A stretch of 64,000 nt of DNA from Octopus vulgaris (GCA_951406725.2 OX597820.1:71114001-71178000); one strand, 5' to 3'. Counted from the first letter of the stretch, positions 27,050-39,903 are shown. A program made the numbers and translations. Notes: generated by a model from the sequence alone, not told the origin.

Positions 27050-29888
27050 CAGGGGTGAGCTGAAAGGTTCATAGGCTGCCTATGAAGGAGTAATGCTAGA
27101 GCTCTGAAATCAAGCATGCATTAAATTCAACACTTCTTATTAATAACTGCATTGTTTAGAGGTTCACCAAGGATCAGTCCTCATCCCTCTCTTATTCATT
27201 ATAGCCCACTAGGCAAATAACAGAGGAATTCAAGACAGGCTGCCCCTGGGAGCTCCTCTATGCTGATGACCTTGCTCTAATAGCCGAGCCACTGCCAGAA
27301 CTGGAGATGAAGTTTAGGGTGTGGAAGCAAGGTCTAGAATTAAAGGGCCTTAGGGTAGCCTAGCCAAAACCAAAGGCTTAGTAAATAGGAAGGCTGTCAA
27401 ATCACAACTTCCTTCAGGTAGATGGCCCTGCTTGATCTGTAGAAAAGGCATGGGTAGAAACTCCATATGATGTACTCGGTGTAAGCTATGAACACATAAA
27501 AGGTGCAGCAATATCAAAGGAAGGTTAACCAGGAAAATAGATTTTGTGTGTGGCAGATGCACAGGAGCAATAAACACTGAAGATGTACAGAAAACAAATC
27601 CCATCACATGCCAGGGAAGAAACTAGAAGTAGTTAATAGCTTCTGCTAACTAGGAGACCAAATCTGTTGTTGGGGTGGTTGCTCTGAGAGTGTAGCAACT
27701 AGAGTAAGAATAACCTGGGCAAAGTTTAGGGAGCTCCTACCTCTGCTGGCAACTAAGGGCCTCTCGCTCAGGGTGAAAGGTAGACTGTATGATGCATGTG
27801 TGCAAACTGCCATGCTAGACGGCAGTGAAATATGAGCAATGAGTTCTGAGGACATGCATAGGCTTGAAAGAAATGAAGCTAGTATGATCTGCTGGATGTG
27901 TAATGTCAGTGTGCATACATGACAGAGTGTAACCGCCCTGAGAGTAAAGTTGGGCATAAGAAGCATCAGATGTGGTGTACAAGAGAGGCAACAGCACTGG
28001 TATAGCCATCTGTTACGTATGAATGAAGACAACTGTGTGAGGAAGTGCCACTACCTAACTGTAGAAGGAACCTGTGGAAGACGTAGACCCAGGAAGACAT
28101 GGGATGAGGTGGTGAAGCATGACCTTCAAATATTGGGCCTCACAGAGGCAATGAGAGGAGACCAAGACCTTTGGAGATATGCTGTGATTGAGAAGACCCA
28201 GCAACTTAAGTGAGCTCACAGCCATGCACCTCCAGCCCTGTTAAAAATACTCCTAATGCATCAGGCAATATGATATGCTTGAGAAGATCTGTTGAGTCAA
28301 GTAAAACCAATATCGTAGCTGGGGCCGGTGCCCCCTGACTGGCTCCTGTGCCGATGGCACATAAAATCTGAACGTGGTCAATGCCAGGTCCGCCTGACTG
28401 GCTCCTGTGCTGGTTGCACATAAAAAGCACCAACCAACCATGACCAATGCCAGTACTCCCTGACTGGCTCATGTGCCGGTGGCATGTAAAAAGCACCATC
28501 CAAACATGTTCATTGCCAGGCTTGCCATGCTGGCTCCAGTGCCGGTGGTATGTAAAAAGCACCCACTACACTCTTGGAGTGGTTGGCATTAGGAAGGGCA
28601 TCCAGCTGTGGAAACATTGCCAGGCCAGATTGGAGTCTGGTGCAGCCGCTGGCTATCCAGACCTCAGTCAAACCATCCAACCCATGCCAGCATGGAAAAC
28701 TGAGGTTAATCGATGATGATGATGATGATGATGATGATTGTTTCTTTCCTAGTAAACTGACATTTGACTGTTCAAAGAAAACTTCAAAAGTAACTAGTTA
28801 GGACTTCTCTTGAAAATCGACAAAATTTGACATTATCAAGTATTTGTAGACAAAGGGTTTAGCCTCCAAGGACATTCATTCTCACATGGTTACTATATTA
28901 GGGGATGACACTCCAGCTTTACTGACAGTGAAAAAGTGAGCAGCTGAATTTAGGAGGGGAAGGGAGAGTCTTGAAGGTGACCCGTGGTCAGGACATTCAG
29001 CAACAGCCACCACCAAGTAAAACATTGATCATGTTCACAACAGGGTGATGGATGACAGGTGATTGACTATAACTCAAACAGCCAATACTATTAGCATATC
29101 CCATGAGAGAGTTGAGAATATTCAGCACAATGGACTTGGCATGGTGAAAGTTTCTGCTTGCTGGGTACCACATCTTCTGACCCCTGATCGAAAGTACACC
29201 AGGCTGATCACATCACAAGAAAATCTGACATTGATTGAGGCAGATCCAGTTAGTTTCCTTGAAAATTTTCTGACTCAGAATGAGTGTTGGCTTCATTACT
29301 TTGAGCCAGAGACAAAGAGATAATCCATGGGGTGGAAACACCCCTCCTCACCTGCTCCAAACAAGGCCTGGATTGTTTCACCTGCAGGGACGGTGATGGT
29401 CTCAATTTTTGAGATGCAAATGGTATTGTGTTGACTGTCTTCAAAAGTGGCACACCATCAATGGAGAGTACTATACCAACTTGCTGATGCAATTATGAAA
29501 AGCTATCAAGAGCAAACACCCAAGAAAACTGACAAAAGGGGTCTTGTTTCATCAAGTCTTTGGCTTCAATATCTGCTATTCATGACTGTGGCTTTGAATT
29601 GGATGATCACTCTTCCTATTTTCCTGATTTGGCCCCATCTAACCACCATTAGTTCCCCAACATGTAAAAATACTTGGCTCGGAACCAGTACTGCAGTGAT
29701 GATGACATCATATCTGCTGCTGGTGACATTTTTGACCAACAGGATGACAGCTTCTTCACCAATGGGATTTGAGCTCTGCAACAACGATGGAAGAAGTGTC
29801 TGAATCGCAAGGTAGACTATACTGAAAAGTAAACCTCATTTGGCCACATTCCATTTGGTCAGCCTATGAATTTTTCAGGCAAACCTTG
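27050..29888 (+). mobile_element. Mariner DNA transposon (degenerate transposase), interrupted by an RTE LINE
   Basis: TA flanks (27048-49, 29889-90). Imperfect TIRs CAGGGGTGAGCTGAAAGGTTCATAGGCTG and CAGCCTATGAATTTTTCAGGCAAACCTTG. Motifs WVPHLL, TQNECWLHYFEPETK and YFPDLAPS. Confidence 0.92.
27158..28736 (+). mobile_element. 5'-truncated RTE-clade LINE (RT C-terminal half, 3' UTR, (GAT)n tail)
   Basis: VHQGSVLIPLLFII, WELLYADDLALI, Cys-rich insert CLICRKG..C..C..HKRC, GRRRPRKTW. 7-bp TSD ATTGTTT at 27151-57 and 28737-43. Contains stops and frameshifts. Confidence 0.93.
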
Positions 29889-29985
29889 TAGAATAGATGA
29901 GATGTGCCCGGAATAATTTTGCTTAGATTTCATTAAGTAGCTTTCTGCTACTTTATCTTAGCATATTGAGGTGGAGAGATAACCA

Positions 29986-30025
29986 AGATCTGATGAACTG
30001 TAAAGGGCAGTGAAACCAGTGAATT
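29986..30025 (+). ncRNA. Degenerate hammerhead core
   Basis: CTGATGA(29990-96)-ACTG-taaaggg-CAGT-GAAA(30012-15)-CCAGT-G. The triplet is GUG and stem I is poor, so it is probably inactive. Confidence 0.45.
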
Positions 30026-31099
30026 CAGTTTTTATTCTGAGCTGAAAACCCACTTAGCTCTAATTTCACAGCAAGGCTAAATATTGTTGATTCCATATAT
30101 TTATCATTCATAACCCATGTTCTTTTACTAACTTACTTAAGCCCTTCACTCACTATAGAGCATACATCATCGACAACTTTTATATACCATTAGAGAACAG
30201 ATACTTCTGTAACTTTGCTTTTTTTCTAGGTAGGGGTGTTGACCTTAACTCTTTAGCATTTAAACTGACCATAACTGGCCAAAAAATTCTACCTGTTGTG
30301 TGATAAAACTGACCACTCACACCAACTCTACAATATATTATTCAAAAGCTTAACTGTTACCTCATCAAAATCTCAAAGCTACAAAATAACTAAACAAATC
30401 TATTTTTACCTCTGAGAAGAAATGAAACCTATTAGCTTAGCCTCTATTCTTTGACCAGTCCTACATGGAGGCCCTCCCAAGAGCTTATGATCCAATAGCA
30501 TGGCTCTTAGGATCACTGAGGCTCACAAGCCAGCATACCATAATGAGAACTGGACTTTGTTGTGGCTACATTCTACTCTAATAAAGATTTATAGAAAAAT
30601 GTGATAAACTGGACCATTTTTACTCACTAGCACATACATTTATACAGTGAAGCATGGGACTCTGATCAATCTCCTTTGTTTTTAACTAAAATAGGTTCCC
30701 ATTAAATTATAAAATCACTGTAAATAAGTTTAATAAAAGAGCTGTATCTTTTTATTATAGATTTATCATAAGAGATATATTTATTGTTATTTTTAGTTAA
30801 ACTGACAAGGCTGAAGTAAATAAGAGTTATTTAGTTGAAACAGGCATCATGCAACTAAATAAGACAATTCTTGGTCTCCAAAAAAGCGTGCCCAGACTTG
30901 CCCTTTGGAGATACGTAAGCATTGTCTCTCTTCTCAAGATAGAAACTTATTTCTACTTATTGATAAAATCTGAGACAACAATACAGTGCCTTCTGTCCTA
31001 GCACAGACAAATAATTTAAATCTCTCTCACTCTCAATAATAACTGTTAACTCTAATAGAACATATAGTCAAAGCGAAGCATTGCTTGTTATTTTCTTGT

Positions 31100-31117
31100 T
31101 TGTTGCTATAGCAACAA
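31100..31117. promoter_or_regulatory. Perfect palindrome containing an RFX X-box (GTTGCTATAGCAAC)
   Basis: TTGTTGCTATAGCAACAA in non-repetitive sequence; fits the X-box consensus GTTNCYATRGNAAC. Confidence 0.45.
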
Positions 31118-31633
31118 TAACCAGTACAAACACAAGGGGCTTCATTAATAATATTTACAGACATTAGCTACTGGTAAAAAACAGAAAAAAAATATATAAT
31201 TCAGGCATCAAAAAGAGTCAAATAAATAGATTCAGTTGTGAATAAGAGATAAAATAATAATAATAATAATAATGATAATAATAATAGTGATGATGATGAT
31301 GATGATGATGATGATGGCGACGATGATGATGATGAAGGAAAAAAAAACAGGATTCCTATTCTAAAGCTAAAAGAAAAAAAATGTTTCCTCTGATGATAGT
31401 TCACTTGTCATATAACAACAACAGTCTGTCCACACCTTCTGGCCATTTATGCAAAACTCCGTGTACCTGATCAAAATGATCAACATTTTTCTTCTCCATT
31501 AGGTTTTATGTCTATTTATTTTTTGCATTAGTTAGACAGATATTCTAACACACGCACACAAGTTCTGTGTTTAAGGCAAGCACTTTTAAAAACAAGAGTG
31601 TATTTTAGTAACAAATTTTTTATTTATTTTGGG

Positions 31634-31676
<43 letters not shown>

Positions 31677-34600
31677 ATACCCTAAATAGATAAAAAAAAA
31701 AGCTGGTATATAAAACTTAATATATATATATATGTTTCTAAAAATAATGAAATAGAGCTATACGCGATTATCAGCAACTAGAAATTGTAATAACTTCGCA
31801 AAGTATATAAAAATTAAAATAAAGATGTGAACTCAACACCTTTTCCTTTTATTCCCTAATTTCATATTCAAATTTCAAATCCTGCCTCATGTTGTGAGGG
31901 GACAGTTACCTCATATGTATGAACAGTCATAACCAGATGCCACCACATATAAGTATGTATATCTTGCTGACATCATATATATTCGTGTATATATTAATGT
32001 CTCTATATCTGTGTGTGTATATATATATTATTCTGTTCAGTGATGATTAAAAAGAATTGTCTGAGATTTTCTGGGTTACCCAAGGATTTTGAGTAAGACT
32101 TTCATTATAAAAGATCGCTTGTCTGTCTGTTGGCCTGTCTGCCTGCCTCTCTCTGCATGACAAAGAGGAAAGGTAGGAAATCTTGATAAACAGCTGCCTG
32201 TCTCTCCATGATAGTCCAATAAAAGCATCCAAATCCCAAATTATCGCATTCTTTTTTTGTTTCAGCATTCTAAATATCTTACCACCTCCTAGGACTGATT
32301 TAGCCTAGCTTTAATTAACACGCCACCTGCAGTAATATGAAGATAAGGTAAAATCCAGAATCCAAGAATAGGACTGGGTAATACTGACTTAATTACTTCG
32401 ATCATGCCAGAAGAGATCAAACTTCATCTGCCAACTCTTTAGTACTGAACGCTAAGTTGTCGTTTTATTGAAAGATTAATTGGAAATTCATCATCATTAC
32501 CATTTAACATCCATCTTGTGCTGGCATGGGGTGGACAGTTTAAATGGCTCCAATAGATCCAAGAACTACATTGTGCACAGATGTCCTTTTTGGCATGGTG
32601 TCTACACTTAGATGCCCTTCTTAGTACCAACTATTTTATAGTGTGTCTTTTAAATCCCCCTTGTTATGGTTGTTGCTGACAAGTTGATCACCATTAAATG
32701 ACTACTTGCACATAGGTCATTTTAGTCATTTTATCAATACCATATATTTCGATCACTAATATTTACAAAGAGAGTAAAAATTGAAAATTGAGGTAATTAA
32801 AAGATGCAATAATTGCCGCTTTCAATGCCACCATGCAACCCCTTTTCTTCCTCCTTCCCCTCCTCCTCCTCATCATCATCATCATTTAACTTCTATTTTC
32901 CATGCTGGTATGGGTAGGAAGTTTTTGACAGGAATTGGCATACTAGAGAACTGCACCATGCATCCAATATCCCAGTCATGGTTTTTATGGCCCTTCCAAA
33001 TACCAACCACTTTACAGAATGTACTGGGCACTTTTTAGGTAACATCAGCATGGACACTTTTTATGTGGTGCCAGCAGAGGTGCTTTTTATATGGTGCCAG
33101 CACAGCTGCTTTTTACATGGCACCAGTACCTGCAGGGTCACTCACTCAACAGCCTGAGTTCAAATCTCTGAAGTCAACTTAGCCTTTCATCCCCAATGGA
33201 AAATGTATCAATGCAGAGCAATAGATTGGTGCAACTGTAAGAATGTTGACCTAATACATTGCAGTATTTATTCTGACTCTTTTTATTCTAAGTTCAAATC
33301 CCACCATAGTCTACTGGCATGGTAAGCCTAATCTGTTGCACAGTTAACATCACCTTAGACCTTGAAAAGTCTTTAACAGAGTATACTCTGTTGCAAGCAT
33401 TCTGATCAAATCTCTGATAAAGATACCTTCCCCCCTAACAGTATCAGAGGATCTCTAAAGGGTCATAGGCACTGCCTCCTTTCCTGATTGAAAGATGAAC
33501 AAAAAAATCTTTCTCTATATTCTAAAAATCTTAGGTTTCATTATTCAGTTAAGAGAAATATTGTCATCTCCACTTTCATAAAAATCATAAAAATAATTAT
33601 ATATCATTAAAATTACTTCATAGAGAAATTATAAGTCTTCTGATGAACAAATATCCCTGTGGGGAAATACCGCAGAGAGAAATTAAGTGTAATATAAATG
33701 TGAATTAATTTACTTAGAAAATAAATTGCTTGATTTTAAACTGGAAATCTTAATTCATAACCAAAACTGGATTTAAAAACAAAAAAAAAAGCTTCTTCAA
33801 AATAGCCATAATTAATTTAATATGAATTAGGAACGCCATAAGCATAATTATCATCTTTATAAAATTTGAGTCAAGAAATTAAGAGATAGATCTCATAGAA
33901 GTTTGAAATACATGATAAGACTAGGTTATATGACTGTTGGATAGAGGTGATAAATATCTTAGTGTAGCATTAAGAATGCAGTGTTCTAAATGCTCATTAA
34001 TTCATTTCATTCCCTGAATATCCTAAAGATAAGCATGAATGACACATATTTCCCTTCCCCACTCAAATGAATGCTTAACAATTGTTGGTTTATTCTTTGT
34101 AATTATTTAGCCCCGAGTCAATCCTGATCAAGCAGATCTATGAACAAAGGTACACAAGTCATAACTATCTGCCTGCTTTATCATATTATTCAACATTATT
34201 CAATGTATTGTTTTTTTTTAAGATAGTAGGATTTCATTTGCAGGAGAAATGCGCTACTATTTCTAATGAGTCAAACTTCCCTTTTTTGGCTTGTGTTCTT
34301 ATAGGTAGGTCAGTAAACTAGTTTCTTAAACAGGAAAAGAATAATCACTAAAATCTACCATTAAAATGCTTTTTATCTTTCAACTCCCAGTGGAAAACCA
34401 ACTTAAAATTGAGAGGAACATAGCAGCAACTGTATCGTTTCACTGCACACTACCTTGAGCAAGTGTCTTCTCTCATAGTCAAAGGTTGATTGATACCTTG
34501 CAAGTACAATTTGGTACATGGAAATTGAGCAGAAACATTCCGCAGGAACTATCCTATTACTTGGCTGGTCAACTTAATACATCACCTGGTTTAACACAAT

Positions 34601-36873
34601 CTCACCTGATGCTTTTAGGAGAGTACACTTTGATATGAGTATTTGAACTACATCTTCCATCTAAAAGATCATGGATGCTATTCTTCATCATCTGATGAAG
34701 CCATAAAACATATATCAATGTCTAATGGCATCTGTCACTTTAGATTTTCATATTCATACAATGCCATGTGCTGCGGCTTGTTTGATTCTTCAGTCAATCT
34801 CATCTTCCATAACCATAAGTGTTAGTCCACTTGTAAGATGCTGTCCACTTTATGACAATCCAGTTTTGTCACTGGTCCATATCTGTAACTTTAACAGCAG
34901 CTTCATCATCAAATCTAGTATTGTATCATCACCATCATCATTTAACATCCGTTTTCCATGCTGGCATGGTTTGGACAGTTTGACAGAAGCTGATCAGCTG
35001 AAGAACTGCCGGTGCACCATGTCTGTTTTGACATAGTTTCCATGACTGGATGCCCTTCCTAATAACAACCACTTTACAGAGTGTACTAGGTGCTTTCACA
35101 CAACACCTAGTATGGATGATTTTTACATGGCATCATCATCCATGAGCCCATAAAATTAGGAACACTGCTAGTTAATTCCCCATTAACTTATGATTTAATT
35201 CATGCAAAAATTCTTCAAATTATTAGTCTCTGCAGGCTTTATATTTGTGTTCCTGACAAGTTCAACAAATTCATAAAGGCCACTGGAGGAAGAACTGCAT
35301 GATGTAAATATCCCTATCTTTCAGATTAGGGGATTGGTACATGGATACCAATGTAAAAAAAATTCACTGTTACAGAGACAACAAAGTTATCCACATGTGT
35401 GTTACTTTCTACTAGGAGTCTTCATGGACTGGTAAATCTACCAGTGGTGAGTAAAAACCACTAGCTTAAGGATGGTAATTTTAAACGGTAAAAGAGAACC
35501 TTGGATTAATTTCACCATCATGATTTAATGTCTGATTTCCACGCTGGCATAGATTGGATGTGTCAACAGCAGCCCATAAACCAGAGGACTGCAGCAAGCT
35601 TCCAGTATCTGCTTTGGCAGGGTTCCTTCAGCTGGATGCCCTTCTTTACATCAACCACTTTACAGGGTGTACTGGGTGCATTTTACATGGCACTAGCACT
35701 AGGGAAGTCACTAAGTCACTGGCAAGACAAAGACCCACAGCCAAGGAGATGTAGTACTGAAGGAGATGGCTTTATACCAGGTGATGAGAAGTTGAAGTAT
35801 GATAGAACGACATGAATGAATGTTTTGCTGTAGAAGAAACACATGGCTACTCCAGTCAGAAAAGAGAGATGGTGGTATTGATGTGTCGGGGTGTACTCTC
35901 AAGTAACAGGAGGTAGAATATTAAAGAAGTGGCACAGAGGATTGGACAAAATGATTAGGTAAGTTTGCAAAAGTGCATAAATTAGATAAAAGAACTAAAT
36001 ACAGTGGGCATTATCTTGAAAATGGCAACAGACCCACAGTTATGAGCTCCAATATTTTCCCCAAAATATCTTAATCTATTAGATATCCTAAAAACTAAAC
36101 TATCTGCTAAGGTTTCTTCTAACTTTGTTTAATCAATCATATTGCTTGCTCCCTTCTAAATATTTTCCAGTGGAAAATACAACACAAATTGTTTGCTGAT
36201 GATGTAAGTCTTAATGGGCTACAAGTTACCATATTGGCAATTTGCACCCCATTTTAATTTATTAATGAACAAAGATATTTTAAGTAGTCATTCGACTACA
36301 AACAATAGTCAAATCTCCCACAAATCACACTCAACCAGCAACATCATCATCATCAACATTATTTAACATCCAGTTTCCATATTGACATGGATTGGATGAT
36401 TTTATAGGAGCCAATACGCCAGAAGGCTGCACCATCTGGTTTGGCATTGTTTCTAGAGTTGGATGCCCTTTTTCACACCAACCATTTAACAATGTTTACT
36501 GGGCATATTTTACATGGCACTGGCAGACACATTGTAGAGTCCCAGATATACTATGGTTGGAAATAGAAGGGATGATCACAGCTGGAATACTGTTAATCAT
36601 AGGTTTACTAGAGCAGACTGAACCTGGAGCTAAAAACCTATTTTTAAAAACTATGGATTTTCTATTAGCACAAGGCCCAAGGATATTTAACAAGATGATA
36701 TGATCATCAGTGTAACAAGAAATGGACAGTAAAGTGAAATAAATAGTTGAGAGAGAAATCATCATACAAGCAAAGTAGCTACTTAGAAAATTTCTATAAG
36801 AGATGAAACTACACTGAGAAGTAATGTTTATTGCCATATTGATATGGTAGTTCCATAGGGACCGACATTACTA

Positions 36874-37274
36874 CTACAGTTCTATATTTAAGAGATGAGG
36901 AATTATATAAATTATTTACATTATTTACATTCGACGGATATTTGTCCTCATCTTGCTTGTTGTTAACACAACATTTCAGCTGATATACCCTAAAAATTCA
37001 CTCCATAATTGCCCCCTTCCCTGGGCATATGGCATAGTGATTAAGAGTGCGGGTTACTAACCCCAAGATTCTGAGTTCGATTCCAAGCAGTGACCTGAAC
37101 AATAACAATAATAATAATAATAACAACATCGAAAAGTACCTTAGGAATAAGAACCCAGGTTCGAAATTTCCCCAAGACACCTGAAGAAGGCTGGAGGGTA
37201 TATCAGCCGAAACATTGTGTAGCAACAAACAAGATGAGAACAAATATCTGTCAAATGTAAATAATGTAAATAAT
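36874..37274 (+). mobile_element. tRNA-headed, hammerhead-bearing SINE-like insertion with inverted 3' duplication
   Basis: 10-bp TSD GACATTACTA (36864-73, 37275-84); inverted tail copy 36874-36990; tRNA-like head 37022-37085; (AAT)n; HHR 37177-37220. Confidence 0.8.
37177..37220 (+). ncRNA. Type I minimal hammerhead ribozyme
   Basis: ACAC-CTGAAGA(37181-87)-A-GGCTG-loop-CAGCC-GAAA(37209-12)-CATT-GTGT. The inverted copy reads GAAATGTT, so the ancestral sequence was probably GAAACGTT with complementary CpG decay. Confidence 0.72.
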
Positions 37275-38104
37275 GACATTACTATTGTTTTTAACTCCAG
37301 GAGGAGCCTCCTCCAACTGGTTATCGATGCAATCAGCACCTGATATATATATATTGGGTGCAGATTGCATCGATAACCAGCTCGAAGAGGTTCCTCCTGG
37401 GGTTAAAAACAGTAGTAACGTTGGTTCCTACAGAACAACCATATTGATGTGGTGATTCATCATATATTTATTGTCAAAAGATTGTATTGGACACCAAGGA
37501 CTAATGTGGAATGATGGGAATGACAGAAAGTTCTTTCCATGCAGTAGTTTAGTTCAACAGCTTCTTTTATTATGAGTAGATGAGAGATATATAGAGAGAG
37601 GGTGGGTGATTGAATACAAATGCTACTATAGCGTAACACCTGGCATGAATAAATGACTATGTTTTGCTCCTTCTCTTCACTCCTGTCTCTCAGACCCTGT
37701 GGCTCTTAGAATGGTTTCTTTTTATAAAGGCAATAACAAACCTGATGGGACAGATTTGTCATGGTGTAATCACTTGAAAGTCCAGTATTTGTATACATAG
37801 AATTTCTTGCTTGGAAACAAGTTCCAGTTCAAATCAAAGTATAGACCTGCTAGAAACTGCGCTACTTATTACATATACTCCACTGGAGGATGAAAATTCA
37901 CTCAGGTGATTTTGAACTCAGAAGGCAGAGAAATGAAGCAAAATAGAATAAAAATGCATCAAAAGGCTCAGAGCAGATAGATTAGTGCTCAGATTAATTT
38001 CTCCAGAAAATGGGGCAGCTCACATCATAATTATAGCTTAAACTGTGTTATTTCATACTTGTCAACATCAATTTAGTATATTTATATACATATGAGTACA
38101 ATGT

Positions 38105-38535
38105 GAATTTAGGTAAAAATAGCACAGGTAAAAATGGCACGGTAAAAATGGCACAGGTAAAAATGGCACAGTAAGAATGGCACAGGTAAAAATGGCATGG
38201 TAAAATTGACACAGGTAAAAATGGCATGGTAAAATTGGCACAAATGAAAAGATAGATAAAAATGGCACAGGGAAAAATGGCACGGTAAAAATGGCACAGT
38301 AAAAATGACATGGTAAAAATGGCACAAGTGAAAAGATAGATAAAAATAGCACAGGTAAAAATGGCACAGTAAAAATTACATAGTAAAAATGGCACAGGTA
38401 AAAATGGCATAGTAGGCACAGGTAAAAATGACATGGTAAAAATGGTACAGGTAAAAATGGCATGGTAAAAATTCCACAGTAAAAATGGCACAGGTAAAAG
38501 TGGCACAAGTGAAAAGATAGGTAAAAATAGCACAA
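38105..38535. repeat. Tandem array of ~14-15-bp GGTAAAAATGGCAC(A) units
   Basis: ~28 imperfect units; explains the Cys/His-rich spurious ORFs. Confidence 0.92.
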
Positions 38536-39903
38536 TAAGCAAGATTTCCTCCAGAACTTTGGAATATACATTGGGACAGCTTGATGAACTTTGGAATGTA
38601 CATCAAGCTGTCCCAATGACTCCTTAACAAAATAAATACGAAACAGTAACTCTGGTTATTGTTTATCTCAGTGGTTCTTCCACAACCCCATCATGGAAGT
38701 CATAGTGAGTAATAAGAGAAAAGAGAAGATTTGTTTCTAAGGATACATGTGTACAAAACAGATTGTAAGATAAACTACTATCAGATGGAGAACATCTTTT
38801 TTGAAAAGGCACCATGACCACCAACCTTGATATGACTGATCCTGAACCAGCGAATGACTACAACCATGCTCCTGATTCTGCATCAACATGAAGAGAAAAG
38901 CAGCAGAAACAAGATAAACCAAGCCAGATTTACAGTAATAATCTGGATGACTTAGCAACTGAAGGAAAGGTGTTACTTCCAAATGAGGACATCATAAAAG
39001 AACTTTGCGTAACAAAAGATCAAAACTTTATCCACAAGTACCAGAAACACACAAGGATCTGAAACTTACTGGGGGAATGGACAATTACTGCAGCTTCCAA
39101 GCCCAAACCATTTTTGTTCTTCGAAACCTATGTTTCTGATACATATGTACACATGCTCAAAACCTGTGTTTCTGGTACATATGTTCTTTGAAACTTATGT
39201 TTCTGGTACATATGTTCAGAGAAGAAGACAGAATTCCCAGGCAGTCATTCCAGCAGTAAACTTTTGGCACATTACAGCAAGATTTCCTCCAAAACTTTGG
39301 AACATACATCAATCTACCATGAATGACTGTCCAAGAACCAACAACCTAAGTGAAGGCTAAAACAACAAATGTTATCATCTTGTTGGCTACTAGCACTCAT
39401 CTATCTGGAAACTTCAGATAGACAATTCAGAAGGAAGAGGCTGTTGTGAGTGCAGTAATAGCAAGGGACATAGTTGGTGAACCACCCAGGAAGAAAATAA
39501 AGAAAGTATATGTTGATCTACAACAAAGACTAAAGAATTTATGCAAAGACTACACAGAAGGAAGGAAAAACCTCAATCAAGTGTTATGTGGACTTGGTCA
39601 TAACATAAGATTCAAGTTGTTAAATTCTGTTTTCAGAGGTTAACATAAAACGGTGTTCTCGTGTCTAAACATATTTGATTTTATTATAATTGTTTTGTTT
39701 TTTTTTATAAATTTTAAATGTATAAATCTATATTAAGAAATGGAGGTTATACAGGAATATGATGTATCAAGAAAATAGATTTTATTCAAAACCAGCTTTT
39801 AAATTAGACAAACTTTATTCTACTTTTTTGCCAATAGTGTATATTTCAATAAGCTTATTGTGCCATTTTTACATCATTTTTTCAACTTGTGTAATTTTTA
39901 CCG
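38105..39903 (+). mobile_element. MULE/Mutator-like DNA transposon relic with repeat-array termini
   Basis: PRTNNLSEG*NN (RTNN..EG.N motif typical of MULE transposase C-termini) and YNHAPD. Inverted terminal units GTGCCATTTTTAC and GTAATTTTTACCG at 39860-39903 match the left array. Confidence 0.7.

Larger units (their letters stand above)
36765..37455. mobile_element. Palindromic element centred on (TA)n at ~37345, with another copy at 58580-58735; left arm interrupted by the HHR-SINE
   Basis: 36840-36873 joined to 37285-37340 is the reverse complement of 37357-37450. 36765-36835 matches the reverse complement of 58665-58732. Confidence 0.75.

Noticed and set aside
27578-27600. CTGAAGA-TGTACA-GAAA
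   Set aside because: It lies inside RTE coding sequence with no proper stems; coincidental.
28330-28562. Repeat-spacer pattern resembling a CRISPR array
   Set aside because: Eukaryotic context, no cas genes, and the spacers are similar to each other; it is the RTE 3' UTR tandem repeat.
34606-34660. 55-nt minus-strand AG..GT segment encoding MEDVVQILISKCTLLKAS
   Set aside because: Weak polypyrimidine tract and no recognisable homology; probably chance.
37022-37095. tRNA gene (also the heads at 16603 and 53850-53922)
   Set aside because: A/B boxes are present but there is no complete cloverleaf or acceptor stem, and SINE bodies follow.
38048-38630. Cys/His-rich ORFs of 164-182 aa
   Set aside because: They are a by-product of the 14-15-bp tandem array and are open in several frames.
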